This document shows, piece by piece, positions 10,422 to 23,957 of a stretch of DNA of 64,000 nucleotides. Made by a program: the position numbers and the translations under genes. The stretch lies in assembly GCF_038025025.1 (NCBI RefSeq), contig NW_027117344.1, positions 682,001-746,000 on the forward strand, given 5' to 3'. The stretch's first letter is position 1, and each line of letters begins with the position of its first letter. This stretch comes from Phyllosticta citribraziliensis (lineage: Eukaryota). A model generated the notes under the pieces. The model was not told the DNA's origin and ran no database searches. It saw only the letters and a list, made by a program, of their open reading frames with translations.

Positions 10422-12554
10422 ATGTCCGTCAACGACCAGCAAACCCCGGACCCGGCTGAAGACCGCCCTCTACCCGACTACTACCGCAGCCTTGGGAACA
10501 CTGAACTTCTTCAAAAGATTCAAAATCTCGACGAACATGCAGTCTTTCGAGGATTTCATGAGCATGCAAGCAAAATCGCCAGCCGCAATTTTGTCATCGA
10601 CTTTGGTGAAGAGGAAGCCTGGTGCGGCTCTGATTTAAGCGCCGGCGGGCTCAAGGCTCTTCTAAACGCTGAGGTACTCTCCTTTTCCTCCTCACAACTT
10701 TTTACCAAGTCAGATTCAAATTTCCTTCTATTGAGGATTTCTTTCGAATTTGGATTATGTCTGACGTCTTTCCAGAGGCCCGCGGAGCTTAACACGAGAT
10801 GGATGTGAGTGATGCAACTCTTGGAGGAAGATACACAACTAATCTTGCCTCCAGCAACATCTGGCTTCCCTACGCTCAAAAGGATCTCATCGGGGTGAGT
10901 TTTTCATTCCATGATCTCTGGCCAAAATTCTTACAGCTGCCAGGTGCTTGCAAAAAATTACGACTTCTCTCCCCGGCTGTTCGGAATGATGAAGTCTGAT
11001 CCGGTGGAAATCAGCTCCAAAAAGCCAGCATCTAAACACAGCTCCAATATTCTTAAAAGGGGAACCAACTACTTCCATAGGCCGCGACCCAACGGGACGA
11101 ATCAAGCCCACATGAATGGATGGCATCAGCCCGAAAAGAGCTTGGAACTCGACTTTCTCCCGCAGCATGATGCCCGCGAGCTGAGCCACTACCGCCTGAT
11201 CGACGAAGTATGGCATTGGTCCTCGTGGGATGAGGGGCGTCGCTATCTGTGCATTGGATACAACTCCCTTCACAACCTCCATGGCTCAGGGAGCGCTTCC
11301 ATCAGCAGCAGGGACAGTAAAGGCGGCAATCAAGACCTTCCCGACGGCAAACGCGTATGGAGTTGGCTTCTGATCTGCGAGGATAAGACCGTCATTAGCA
11401 TCCACGAGGACCCATACCCACAAGCATTCCGCGAGGACGGAACCGCAGTTCTCGACGGTATTGATGGACGGGGTCTCCTATCTATACGGCGAAATCTTTT
11501 GAACGTCATTCGCAACCTCTCCAAAGCGCACGAGTCGTCGCATGACCCGGCCATTGCCATGCTGCCCATCCGGCGGCGGGTAGGCAACTCGGAAGAAGAG
11601 ACGGCGCACCGGCCGTCGGACGCGCCGGGGCTCCTGTTTTACGTCCTCTTTGACGACTTCTTCACGACGTACAGCCTGGTGGCGCGGCGCGAGCACAAGT
11701 ACGCGGCGGCGCTCAACGAGCTGCGCGAGTCCATGATGCAAAAGGCCGAGCTGGGCCACATCAACCGGCTACACCACATCGGACGGCAGCTCTCGGTGCT
11801 CAAGAACATGTACACGTCGTACGACGTCATCATCGACCGGGTGCTGGAGAAGCAGGAGACGACGCTGGCCAGCCTCAAGAACTCGCGCGTGCTGCAGCAG
11901 GCGGCGACGACGCCCGCGTACCCCATCGTCTACGGCGACGACGACACGCTCGACGACCTCGCGCAGAGCCAGTTCAGCGCCCGCAGCGCCGCCACGCGCG
12001 CCAGCAACGCCAACGACGCGCCGCCGCGGGCCCCGCTGATCCCCAACGACGCGTCGCTGCTGGGCGTGGCGCTGAGCTCGGCGGCGCGGGCGCGCTTCAA
12101 GCGGCTCCAGTACCGCACGCGGCTGTACGCGCTGGCCGAGATCGACTCGTGCCTGTCGCAGAAGGAGTCGCTCGTCATGATGAACTTCAACCTGATCGCC
12201 ATCAAGGAGTCGCTCAGCGTGGAGCGGCTCACGCGCGTGACGCTGCTGCTGGCCAAGGCGACGCTGCTGTTCATGCCCGTGAGCCTCATGGCTGCCTACT
12301 TCAGCTGCCAGTTCGACGGCGTCGTCTTCACCCCGCGCCAGTTTTGGATCGCGTTTGCCGTCGTTGTCGTCGTGAGCGCTATTGCGCTTGTGGCGTTTTC
12401 TGTTATCAGTGGGACCATGGAGGGCAAGATGCTGGTCAGGAGTGCAAGCAAGGCGTTTGTCGACAAGGGGCGCGGGTGGTGGGGGCGCAGGAAGGAGAGG
12501 GGGAGGATGGAGATGGAGATGGAGGATGCGGACGTGTTGGGCAAGGACGCGTGA
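10422..12554 (+). CDS. Fungal CorA-like domain membrane protein (two C-terminal TM helices)
   Basis: Exons 10422-10673, 10776-10804, 10855-10894, 10944-12554; NTRWINIW, VISIHEDP, coiled segment, SVERLTRVTLLLAKATLLFMPVSLMAAYFS followed by a second hydrophobic helix. Confidence 0.8.
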
Positions 12555-13179
12555 AGATGACGGAAAGATGGCAGTTTGCGTTTGACGGATGTGCTTTTGA
12601 AGACCGACTCTCGCTTGGGAAGAACGAAGCCCTTGGTAAGAAGGATGGAATTGGCTGCATTCATCGGCGATCAAAATTGGGCATCATTCATTCTTTATTC
12701 CATTCATTCGTAATGTAGATGTGGGAAGAAGCAGCAGCCTCTGGGAGTACAAATGCACATTTCCATGTATCATACACAGTAGTATCGGCATCAAGTCAAA
12801 TCTTGTATTCAAAGCCTGCTTACGCCACGGCCGTCAAGCAGCAGTCGTAAGAGCGCATATCGTGTGCCACCTATAGAGCAATCATGCCGGTGACTCGAGC
12901 AACACAAAAGGCCTCCCAGATCCCATACCAAAGCTTGCCAAACCCAATGGAAAGCCTTCGTAGAAAAGGTGACGTCAAGCAAAAAAGAAGGGTATTTGCA
13001 TGTGGAGAGGTGAGTGCTCCTATCACCAACTATATATAGAAACGAGCCCAAGAAAAAAGGAGGAGCATCTGGACCACTTGTTGAAATGGGCCCGACGCAG
13101 ACCGACCACGCACCGTTTACGCCATACGCTTGCAACGCATGTGCTCTCTAGATTCAAGATGGTAGGAGCGCCCGTTGGA

Positions 13180-16100
13180 TCACGATGACAGGACTGCCGC
13201 CGCCTTGATCGGCGCCGTGTTGCCGTTGTGCGAGTACGAGGAGGAGTTGTTGACATCTTCGACGACTTGCTCGAGTTCCTGGTGCGCTGCGCGCCCGTTG
13301 GTCTTTGAGGCGCCGTTGCCAGTGACCTTCTCAATGTGCTTCTCCTCGGCGGCGGTGAGGCCCTTGCGGATGGCGAGGACCGAGTCGACAATGACGGCGT
13401 CAATGCCTTCCTCGACTTGGAGCTGTGTACAGTTTGTTATACAAGAGGTCAATGAACTTGATAAAGGATTGACGAACCTGGACATTGATGGGGTCGTTGT
13501 TGAGCGTGCCGTAGCTGACGCATACCAATCCGGACTCCTTGACTACCCTGACCAGGCGAGGGCACATCACGAGCGGTTCGGCTGCAGAGACGACACCGAG
13601 GAGATTCCATCGCGAAGCGAATCTGATGGACTCCTGAAGACTGCTGGCCCTGATGTCGCCGACAGGGCAAGTGCCGGCATCTGTGAGGAACAGAATGGGA
13701 ATGGAGGGCTGCTTGAAGGACAGCAGGAGACAAATGTCAGGGTGGAAGGAGGAGAAGATGATGTTCCGGTTGATACCGAGGTCATACACCTTCTCCAAGA
13801 CCGTATTAACGAATGAGTTGAGCTCCACGCCATATGTGTCCATTTCGTGTTCTTCGGATTCGTGCAACATTGGGTATTCTGACACTGATGAGAAAAACGT
13901 CGAAAACGGCTATGCTCGCACTTACTCATCTCAATGTTGAATCCAATGTTCTCCGGAAGGACCTTGAACATCTCCTCCAAAGTCGTAAAAGGTGCCTGGA
14001 TGAAGTTGCCTCGACTGTTGCCCTTGTAGCCCTTCATCTTGAAGTCACGGGTGTGCTTCATGCGCTCATTCAACGTAGAAATGTCTTCGTTGACTCCCAC
14101 AGAGTAGGAGCGGGCTCGCTTGACTCTAGCCCGTGCAGCCCCCTTGCCATCTTCTTTTTCAGTGGGCGAAGAGGGTCTGCTTTGGGATGTCTGGGCACTC
14201 CTCTGCTCATTGACGTGGAGGAATTGCTCGAGCGTGAGGGTGTGGACTGGCGCATCTATACCTGTCTCGCTGACGAGGAAGTCGTGGTAAATGACTGGAA
14301 CGTGGTCTTTGGTGAGTTGAACATCTGCAACGATTAGTTCAGTTCCAGTAGGCAGCACTATCATGTCTTACCAAACTACAACATGTTAGCGTAGCACGTG
14401 GAAATTTGAAAAGGAAGACATACCTCGACGTAAGAAGCTCCTAGGTTGGCAGCAGCAATGAATGACTGGATTACTGTCAGTTCCGCTCGCCTTCTTCGAA
14501 TTTAAAAGACCATACCTGGAGGGTATTCTCGCCAAGCTGCAACGACTTGCGATCGGCCATGTTTTTGCCCAGACCTTCACAAAAGTTAGGAAGTGACGGG
14601 GGTTGAAAAGGGAACCAAAGACCAAATCACCTCTGTGTCCAATGACCATCGTCGACGTCGCCGCCATACTCTTCCAATAAGTATGGTTCTCCGTGATGGA
14701 CAGATTTGGGTGGGAGAAGGGCGTGATGATGAGGAAGTTGAAATTGACTGATCCAATCACGTCGAGAGTATTCGCAGCGACGATCGGCACGCTGACATCA
14801 CCCTTGAGTGTCATTCTGTTAGATCCCACGTTGGGCTTGATGCTCGAAAGCAAAGCCACGGCGCGGCCCACTACCCGCTCTTTCGAGCCGGCATAAGTGG
14901 GTACAATGTCAAACAAAAGCTTGACCTTGGCTACGTCCTTGGTGTTGAATGTAATGGGATCAGTGCTGATGTTCTCTTGAACAGGAAGGTCAATCACGGT
15001 TGGCTCTCCACTCGCTCCATGAGCCGAGACAACTACCGAGAGGGCCGTATCGAGCTGAGTCGCATGTGCCTCAGTAATTGGGATATCATCGAGCTTGACT
15101 GGCTCAATGTGTTTCCTCATGTCCATGCTTCCAAGGCTCACGAGGAGGAGCGTCTCGTCCTTCAGATAACGGTGACCAAAGGTTTTGACTGGCTCAGGAA
15201 CGCGCTCTTTCGATGCGCCATTCGAGCGTCTCTCCTCGATGGACGAGTTTGGAGGAGACTCAGGGCGGGCACTGACGTCGGGCTGCTTGGAAGAAGCGGG
15301 GGGCGGCGTAACTGCAGCAAGAGCGTTGGCAATATCCAAGTGGCCACGCAATGCAGCATGCTCCTTTGGCGTCCAGCCTGAAAGGTCCTGTCTCTCCAGC
15401 TCCGCGCCGGCTTCTATCAAGAGTTCTGCAACTGGCAAGTGGCCGTCGACGCAAGCAATGAAAAGTGGCGTCCAGGCGAATGCCTTTTCTGGAATGTTGA
15501 GATCCGCCTTTTGATCGGCAGAGCCATCAACGAGCGCTTTGGCACATTCCGTGTGACCATATCGGGCTGCGACGTGAAGAGCAGTCTCGCCTTGTTGGTC
15601 TTGATAGTTGATGTTGATGTCAGCTTCGACCAGAAGTTTTACGATCTGGACAAAATTTGACTTTGTGGCCATGGCCAGGACGGCCCCGGATTTTGAGACG
15701 GATTTTCTTCTTGAAATCTTCTCGTCAGGGGACATGTGCCAGTTCTCGGAATCCAACAGCAACTTGGTTGTAAGAGGATGGCCTCCGATGACACTGAGAT
15801 GCAAAGGTGCGTAGCCCTCTAGATCTTGCCAGGCCGGCGAATCGATACCTTCGGTCACGTTGAATTGACCCCATTGTTGCATGTGCTGAATGACGATCCG
15901 GCAAATGATGACGAATCCATGCTGGGCAGCGTAATGCAGAGGAAAGCGGCCAAAAGAGTCTCTGGATAAGAGTGCCGAGCGCTGATGCGGCTTCAGGCTG
16001 TCCAGCAAGAATGACAGCAAACCGACAGACTCATCGTCTGTCCCCAGGAGCACACTCGATTGCGACTCGGGCATCTTGCTTGCCGGAGGCATGTGGACGG

Positions 16101-17145
16101 GCGACTCTGCAGGGGAAATGAAGTTGGATCCGTTCTTGATTTCCCAGGCGTTCGGCAAAAGGTTGCTCGAGGCTTCTTTGGGACTCCCGTTCTGCACCTC
16201 GTTCGCCTTGGACCGGCCAATCGCGATCACAAGGCGATGGATGCAGTTGCGCTTGTTGAGATCGTCCTCATCTTCCAAAGAATTGATGTGAGAAAGTGTC
16301 GTCTCGATGCAACGCTTTGATTTGCACGTAATGGATCGCTGCAATAGGTTGAGCAGCAGCTTTTGGTAGCCCGAACTCGATTGGTCATCTCCAACGCTGG
16401 GGTCATTGAGAAGTTCCTCCAACTTCGAGCCATCGTCGCTGCGAATGGCTTGATCCACAGTATCCAGGAAGCCAGAAGAGAGATTCAGCATGGTCCTGGA
16501 TGATACGCGCTTCAAAGAGCTCGTGGAATGAACCGAGCTCGCGTCGTCAAACACTTTGGTCTCCCCAAGTCCAGAAAGCCAGTCATTGATGGCTTTCAAG
16601 TCCTGCTGAAGCTTGTAGTTGGTCGCGAAAGGTCTGGGGTCAACCTTTGAGGCCAAGTAGCGCTGCTGATTGTGCGTGGCGGGGAATTTCTTGTCCAGCT
16701 TCTTGGTGATCTTGACAAAGCCCCTCCGGTTGACCTCTCCGTACCACTGCAGCTTGCGCAATTGTCCGCGGAGTTCGAGCAGAGCGCTCACCAGATCCTC
16801 GAGCTCGTCGCGGTCGATGCCGTCGGGGAAAATGGAGGCGCGGTCATATCGGTCGTGCAGGAGCTTCAGGCGCCTCGCTGACTCTGCGTACTTTTTGTTG
16901 TAGAATCCGTCAACATCTTCGAGGTTTCGGTCGAGGAAGTAGAAGAATTCTAGAATCGAGTCAGTCGGAAGCGCGCCAGCCGCATTCGAGGGGAAAGTGA
17001 AGCTACCTGCAAGATCGGCCTCGCGGCCTTTGTTCTTTGCTGTCTCGCCGGCAGACTTGATGAGCTTCTTCAGGCCCTTGTAGTCAATGTAGGCGGAGGC
17101 CCACTCGGGGACTTGGTTGCGGGGCAGATTGTGCCCAAACTTCAT
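13180..17145 (-). CDS. GDE1: Glycerophosphocholine phosphodiesterase (SPX-ankyrin-GDPD)
   Basis: MKFGHNLPRNQVPEW SPX start, NRRGFVKITKKLDK, ankyrin repeats (GETALHVAA, WTPLFIAC), GDPD motifs VIGHRG, YVEFDVQLTKD, FNIEMK, GIDAVIVD; multiple GT-AG introns. Confidence 0.96.
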
Positions 17146-18957
17146 GGTGAGCAAGCACACTCGAGTGAGGCGGCGAGAAGAGTATTCAAGATAGGGTTTC
17201 AGGATGGTCCGGAAGAAGTAGTTGGGGAGATATATCACGGCAGGCGGGCGCGGAAAGAGGGTGAAAGGAGGAAGACGAGGAAGTTTTTGAAAGAAGCGGT
17301 TGCCGCGCACTCCATTCGCTCTCGAGGGGGGAAGACTGCTGTGCAAGGTGGTAAAGACTGGCGTCAGCGGAGGGTGGACGTGTGGTAGTGCTTGGTCGAG
17401 TGGTCGTGGCCGAGTCGGCGGCTCTCGTTGGTCAGAGCAGCAGAAGGCAGGGCCGGGGGCAGGTTCCTAAGCCCCGAGCAAAAGGGCCAGCTGCATCATA
17501 GCAAAGCCAACGGGCCGGATGGAGGGATCGAGAGGGACCGCGGGTCTCATAAAGGAGACAGACGTGTGGGAGGGCGCGAAAAAGCTCACCAGTGCCGTGG
17601 TTAGGTCGGGTTGCGCCGCATTCCAGTCCCAGTCCGGGTCCGGGTCGCTTCAGCTTCAGGTCACGCCCGCGCAGGTCCAGGCCAAAGTCCCTCTGTCGTC
17701 GAAGAGGATAGATAGTTAGCGACGAGGAGGCCGGCGAGGTCAATATTTACATGGTTTGGGCCGACGACGTGGGCCGCTGACTAGTGACCGACAGCGCGCC
17801 CGATGCCATCGCCACTCTGGGTACAGGGCTCACTCGTGTGGAACACCGCATTCCTCGCGTCCAGACTACGACTCCACCTGATTCTACCACGCGACCCCCA
17901 TCCTCTCTCTCCCTCTCCCTTGCCTCCCGTCGTCACCGCCGCACTTATTTGGCTGCGCGCTCCCGTCACCGCGCTTCATGCTCTGCCTCATATCATCTGC
18001 CAGGGGTTGCGCTGCTCCTTGTTCCCCGGCACCTCCTTGGCCAATCCACCCTACAAACACCCACGCCATAATCACTTTCTTCACCACCTCAATTCCAATC
18101 ACGACCCGCAGGAGCCAGCCGTATCATCGACTCGTGCAGCAAGCCCGTCAGCGCAGCCGACCCACCTGCTGCTTTGACGAAGACGCATACCGTGCCCCTC
18201 GTCGCGCATGCACCAAGCAGCGACCGGCCTGCCACTCTGCGACCAGACAAGCAACCAACCGCATGCATGCCGCGCGCGCCTCCCACTGACAGATTACCGA
18301 CCCCATACACGCTGCCAACCAACACCGCTCCGCCTTAGCAAGCCCGCCGCTTGGCCTCTCACCCCCAGACCCGACTCGCCCGCAACGCCCAAACACACAA
18401 GTCCGAGAAGCAAGACAGGACAAGATGCTCGCCTCGGCCAAGCCACTTGAGGACAGCGGAGGCAGAGCCCCAACACCATCACACGCGCCTAGACATCGGC
18501 GTTCCCCTTGCTAATCGCTCTTAGCTCCAGATCCCCAGGCACCGGCCCCCACGCGTTCTCTGCAACTTCATCGGACAATGAGACAGCTCGAAGCCCGCCC
18601 AGCTCCACACTCGATATGAGATTTTGACAACGATGCTTCAAGTCCAGAAACAGTACAAATCGACCGGGAGTCGTCTCACACAGCTCAACGGGACATTTCC
18701 GGCCGTCTCATCTGGTGCTCCAACTGCCGGCACCGACACAGCCTCACCAAACCACTCCCACCACACCGCACCTCGCTGGCACCCCACCGGCAGCCCCTCC
18801 CCCTCCCGTTCAGCCGCCGCGCCGCTACCAGCACGGTAGCAAGACCCTGATCGCCAGCTAGCGCGCTGCATGCCGCCGTCTCACAAGTCATAAACAGACT
18901 TGGCGGGTTCCTCCTCCAACAAGCTGGATAGCACCTTCCTAAATAGGAAGTCCTCTC

Positions 18958-19039
18958 GGTCGCTTAGCTCAGTTGGTTAGAGCGTGGTGCTAATATCAAG
19001 TTAACGCCAAGGTCGCGAGTTCGACCCTCGTAGTGACCA
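18958..19039 (+). tRNA. tRNA-Ile(AAT) with 8-nt intron
   Basis: Cloverleaf GGTCGCT/AGTGACC acceptor, D arm GCTC/GAGC, anticodon stem TGGTG/CGCCA with CT-AAT-A, intron TCAAGTTA, T-loop TTCGACC; TTTT just downstream. Confidence 0.96.
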
Positions 19040-20887
19040 TCTTCTTTTGCACCTGGCGCCCTTGGGGCCTCTCGTTTTGTCTGGCTGGCTGGTAGGCCGC
19101 TGTGGGACCCACAGGAGCATGATGATGACGCTGCGGTTGCGCGAAACGTTGTGCCGGCTCCCGGCGGTGGCGGCGGAATGCGGTGGACCCTGATGATGTC
19201 GGTGGCAAGAGAGAGCGACGTTTGGCTTTTGCTTCGGTCCGACACTGAGTCGTGCGACTTTGCCGTCGTGTTCGGACAGGAAGCAGGAGGTGGCAGAGAG
19301 GTGGGTAGGTAGGTTTCCCCCTCTGCTGGAAAGTACCGCCAGTCGCGGTCGGCTTGCTGGCCTTCCGGATCTGCCGAGCGGCCGCGTAGCTTACCGGTGA
19401 AAACTCTGGTTTTCATCAGCGAGGCAACCTGTAGACTGGGGATCCATCCGGATGGAACCCTGAGACGAAAAGCGCGGCCAGGTACGTTAGAGGGATAGGA
19501 TGGAGGATGAATATTGAGAGGCTTGATGGATATGCGGAGCGGGCAGAGTCTGCTTTAAGTATCGACTTCCGCTGTCTTTACTTGCGATAAGACTATAAGA
19601 TAAAGGATTTGGAAGTAGAGGAGAAGGGGTATGGAGAAAACAGAACTTTGGACTCGTGCCATAAACGACGGTACTTGGGGCTTCTAGCAACGAGGTAGAA
19701 AATCAGTAAGAGACATGGATCCCTTTATATTGCTGCTGCAAGATGCTCAAAGACTTGTCATTAAGACTCTTTCTATTTGCCCCTACCGCCAGCATCAACT
19801 TCATCCGTGGACTGCGGTACTGTGGGCTGGACTCGAATTGAGCCTCTCCTATTGCTTGCATGGCGCATGTTTGCTATGCCACCTTGCTCACCATCACTGT
19901 ATAATCACGTCTCCATTAACGTGTAGGTCATTGAGTGTATGGATTTGTACAACGGTGCCATCCCATCTGATAGGCACCTCGTCTTCAATGCTATTCATAT
20001 GTCTTCATCCCTCCTCATCTCTCTTCATATCTCTCTTCAACATCATCGTCATCGTCATCATCATCTACCCCGTCGTCTGTCTCTCTCTCTCTCTCTCTCT
20101 CCTACGCCATGAGGCATGCGAGTGTGCGTGCATACAAACGATCAATCTATGCTCCTTCCCCCTCGCCTCACCCTCACCCACATGCCTTTCTCTTTCGCTC
20201 AACGCCAAACTGTTAACTGTCAACTGCCACAATGACAATTTGACCCACCCATCCATCCATCAATTTTCCCATCCTGAACAATCCGCACCCGCGCCTCCTG
20301 AGCCCAAAACGAGGAAATCAATCGACAAGAAACAAAGAAAGCAAGGGAACTCGTCGCAAGAAGAAGATGGCCGTCCTATGCGTGCGGACGCATGTCTTCG
20401 CTCTCTAGCCGAAGCTGCAACAGGAACAGTAAAAGGTAAAGGAAAAGGAAAAGGAGAAAGATGATGGGTACCGAGGCATGGCAAGGTACCTTTCAGGCAG
20501 GCCGTTACGACAACAAATCGATCCGCAACCGTGATGACAGATGGCAAATTGTAAAAAGACCTACCACCACCATCCTCAATCCAAGGAAAAAGAATCCTCA
20601 TTTTGCGTGCATGCATGCGTGCGCCATTCGTGTGCGTGTGAAGCCAGAGAGACCGCGGGTGGGGCAGGAAGAAGAGCGGCCCGCGGAGCTTGAGAGATGG
20701 GAAAAAAGAAGGAAGAGGAGAAAGCATAAGCATGCATGCACGCATGCAGGAAAGATGTCAAAAAAAGAAAAAAGGCCTCTCCTGAGTCGCCTTGAAGGAG
20801 ACAGAGCAGAGCAGAGGATATGGAACGCCAAAGCCAGCAGCAACCAAGTGACCAATGAAGCAACCAACCAACGAACAAAAAAACAAC

Positions 20888-23485
20888 TCAGAGCTCGCCG
20901 TCCCCAAGACCTGCTGCTGCTTCTTCTTCTTCTTCTTCTTGTTCTGCAGGCGGCGGCAACGGGACTCCTTCTTGTTGCTGTCGTTGTGGTTGCGGCGCAG
21001 CGGCCGGCGGGCCAAACGACCCCTCAATGTCCGACTGGTCGAGCGTGCTGACAAACGCGCGCCGCACAAACTCGTACCACACGTGGTGTTTCGGCTTGGG
21101 CTTCTTCTTGCCCTTGTCCACGCTGACTTGCACGTCAACGTCATCAGCCTCGCGAGCGCCCTCGCCATCGGTTGCCGAGGAAACCTCCTCCTCTTCGTCT
21201 TCAGGCGTGGCGGCGGCGGCGGCAGCGAATCCATCCTTGCCAAAGCTGCCGATGCGGCGGGCCAGGTTGATGTAGCTGCGCACGGTGAGGTCCGACAGCT
21301 TGTACTCGTCATCCTTGTCAAAGGTCGAGTATTCCTTTTCGAACGCAAACGGCTTGGGCTGCGGTTTGCCCGGTTTGGGCTTCTTGCCGCGGTGCTTGCC
21401 CTCGCGCCAGCGCTGCGAGGCGAAGCCGTCGCCGTAGTCGTGCAAGTCCCCGCCAACGCCGTCTTCGTCGGCGTACAGGCAGGACGTGGGATTCGACGAC
21501 GCACATTGCGGCTCGTCTTCGGTCTCGTCGCCTTCTGCGTCTGCGGCGCTGGCAGGAACGGTGGCGGCAAAGTCGTTGTTCAGTTGGGTCAGGTTGGCAA
21601 AGTATTGCGTGTACCCCGTGAGGGAGAGGGTTTGCGGAGAGTAGGCCGGGCCAGGAGGCGAGGATTTGGAGGGGCCCTCGGGAACCGTGAACTTGTACTT
21701 TTTCTTCTTCAAAGCCTTGCCCTTGCCCTTTTTGTTGTTTCTCTTTTTCTTCTTCAACTCTTCAAAGTCTTCGTCTTCCGTGTCAGAATCCGTCATGTCT
21801 TCCCAGGATTGAAGCTCTTGCGAGGCTTCAGAGCGGGCGGGGACTGGAGCTCCAACGCTTTCTATGCCGGTGATGTTGTACTCGATGACCCTCATCGACG
21901 GGAAAAAGTTTGGAATGATGCTTGCGCCCACAATCGAATGGCCATATCGCTCGCCAAATTTACCTCCAATGCCCTCCAAAAAGTCCGAGTCATCATTTGG
22001 TGGAGTCTGGACGTCTTCCTTGCCAAAGAGCCCTTGGATCGCTTTGAGCAACGACGTTTGATTTCCAGGGGGAGCCGCGGAGTCGGTCGGTTTGACAGGC
22101 CTGACTGGGGTGGGAAGTGCTGACCACGCATTCCGCAAGTCGACCAAGTAGTCCTCGGCGCTTTGCACAGAGATCTCGTCCTCTTCGGCAGCCGACAGCT
22201 TTGGCTTCATGGATCCCTTCATCTTGCCCTTTCGGACACTATTCTTGATGTCCGAAAAGTCATGCAGGATGAAGTGGTCAATGTTCATGTGACCGTACAT
22301 GGAAGTAATGATGATGTCGCGGTATTGCTGCATCCAAAAGGTGTACTTTTGCCAGCAGGTTTCATCCCAGCTCTGTTTGTTCGCGGTCCGCGCAGGCGGG
22401 ACGTGTCCGATCAAAATGGCCTTCATGCCGCGGTCGCGGAAGATCTGAAGCTGAATGCGCAGCCATTCAAAGTGCTCGTAGCCCGGCTCCGAGTCCATGG
22501 CGCAGCCATCCACACCCGAGTTGGAGTCGAAAAAGTACCTGCGTGACGTCAGCGATCGTCTAATTTAAGCTTATGAGATCTGATATGCGGCGTATCGAGA
22601 TCTCGGCTTATTGTCTGTACTCGGCCATGTTTCCCGCGGGAACACGAAAAGTTTCGAAACGCGTTCGACGGTCGGTGCCTGCCACGCGACCGACCACGAG
22701 GACAGTCGGGAATGCCGGAGGGGCGGAGCGTGTCACTCACATGGTGTTCAGGCTGACGACAGCCAATTTGTTGGGAATGGCCTCGACGTAGAACCACCCG
22801 CCCCGCTGGAACTGGTGTCGCTGCTCCTCGGGGATGAAGTTTCGCCAAATGTGCAAAAAGTTTTGGGTCCACCGATTGGGGCCCTCCAAGAAGATGTTGT
22901 GCGGTAAAATGTCATTGTTGCCCACGGTCGGAATAATGGGGATTATGAGGTCGTTGGTAGGGTCGTCATCGTCGTCATCTCTCCGGCCAAAAACTTGTCG
23001 AAACTTGTCCACGATGAACTCGTTTTGCGCGACAACCTGGGCCTCGTTGCGCGGAATCTTGTCGTCGTTGTCGTGGCGTGCCGAGTCGCCGGTCCACACG
23101 ATGAAGTCGATTTGATCGCGAATGTTCTGGTCGATCCAATCGAAGGTGGCATTGATGAGGGACAAGGGGCTGTCGCAGCCCGAGGTTTCAGCTCCGTAGT
23201 ATCCTGCGGGCCCAGTGCCGCGGTGGCAGGCGGCGTCGGAAGAGGTGGAGGAGTACGTTTCGTAGTAGGGGTCGGGATGGAAGTCTGGAGAGGGCAGGTC
23301 AGCGGCGGTAGGCGAGCATTGGAGGGGTTGGGAGCGCGCAGACCGGTGATGTGGAGGAAACGGCCAGTCAGCGGGCGCGAGGGCTGTAAGGCTGCATGTT
23401 GTGCGCTAGCGGGCGGGAGTGCCTGGCTGATCTGCCCGCCCACAACGAGCATCAAACCCAAGGTCGCGCTCGCGGAGGGGGCCAT
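20888..23485 (-). CDS. PPN1: Vacuolar endopolyphosphatase (calcineurin-like metallophosphoesterase)
   Basis: Hydrophobic N-terminus, FLHITDFHPD, WTGDSARHD, GNNDILPHN, ILIGHVPP, YGHMNIDHF; exons 23485-23344, 23284-22741, 22538-20888. Confidence 0.95.
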
Positions 23486-23957
23486 GAGGGAGGGAGAGGG
23501 GAGGAGTGGGGACGCGGAGAAGAGAGACAATGGGCGAGGAATGGAGAAGGGGAACAGAAGAGGGTGGAGTCTAAGAATATTTCAGCTGCAAAGAGTTGGG
23601 ACACGCGCCCCCCACGGCCGGTCGAATGAAGGGTAAGCGTGACCGCCAGACAGGAGCGACGTAGCTTTTTGTCGTCGACCCCGGGCCCGTCCTGCCTCGT
23701 GCGCCAAGCTGCGTCTGCCATTCGTGCAAGCGGCCCGCGGGTGATGTCACTGGGCCCTCAAGGTGCCCGTTTCCTTCGCTGAGGTGAAGCCCACTGCAGG
23801 TCACCCGCCCGCCAGAACCAAAGGAAGTGTGTGATGGCTCATCCTCCACAACCACCTCCTCTCTCCAGCTGCCAAGATTAATCCCGCATTCCCCGGACTC
23901 CATCATCTCCAGTCTGCGACGCCCCTCTGAGGTGCCGGCGTTTCGTGTCATGCCTCT

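Noticed and set aside
19715..21051. 249-aa and 196-aa plus ORFs downstream of PPN1
   Set aside because: Built from CT, CAT and purine-rich simple repeats of a 3' intergenic region
20855..22123. 422-aa plus-strand ORF and similar long antisense ORFs (11769-12674, 24775-25701, 31450-32220, 46147-46902)
   Set aside because: Antisense shadows of real genes caused by codon bias; no independent motifs
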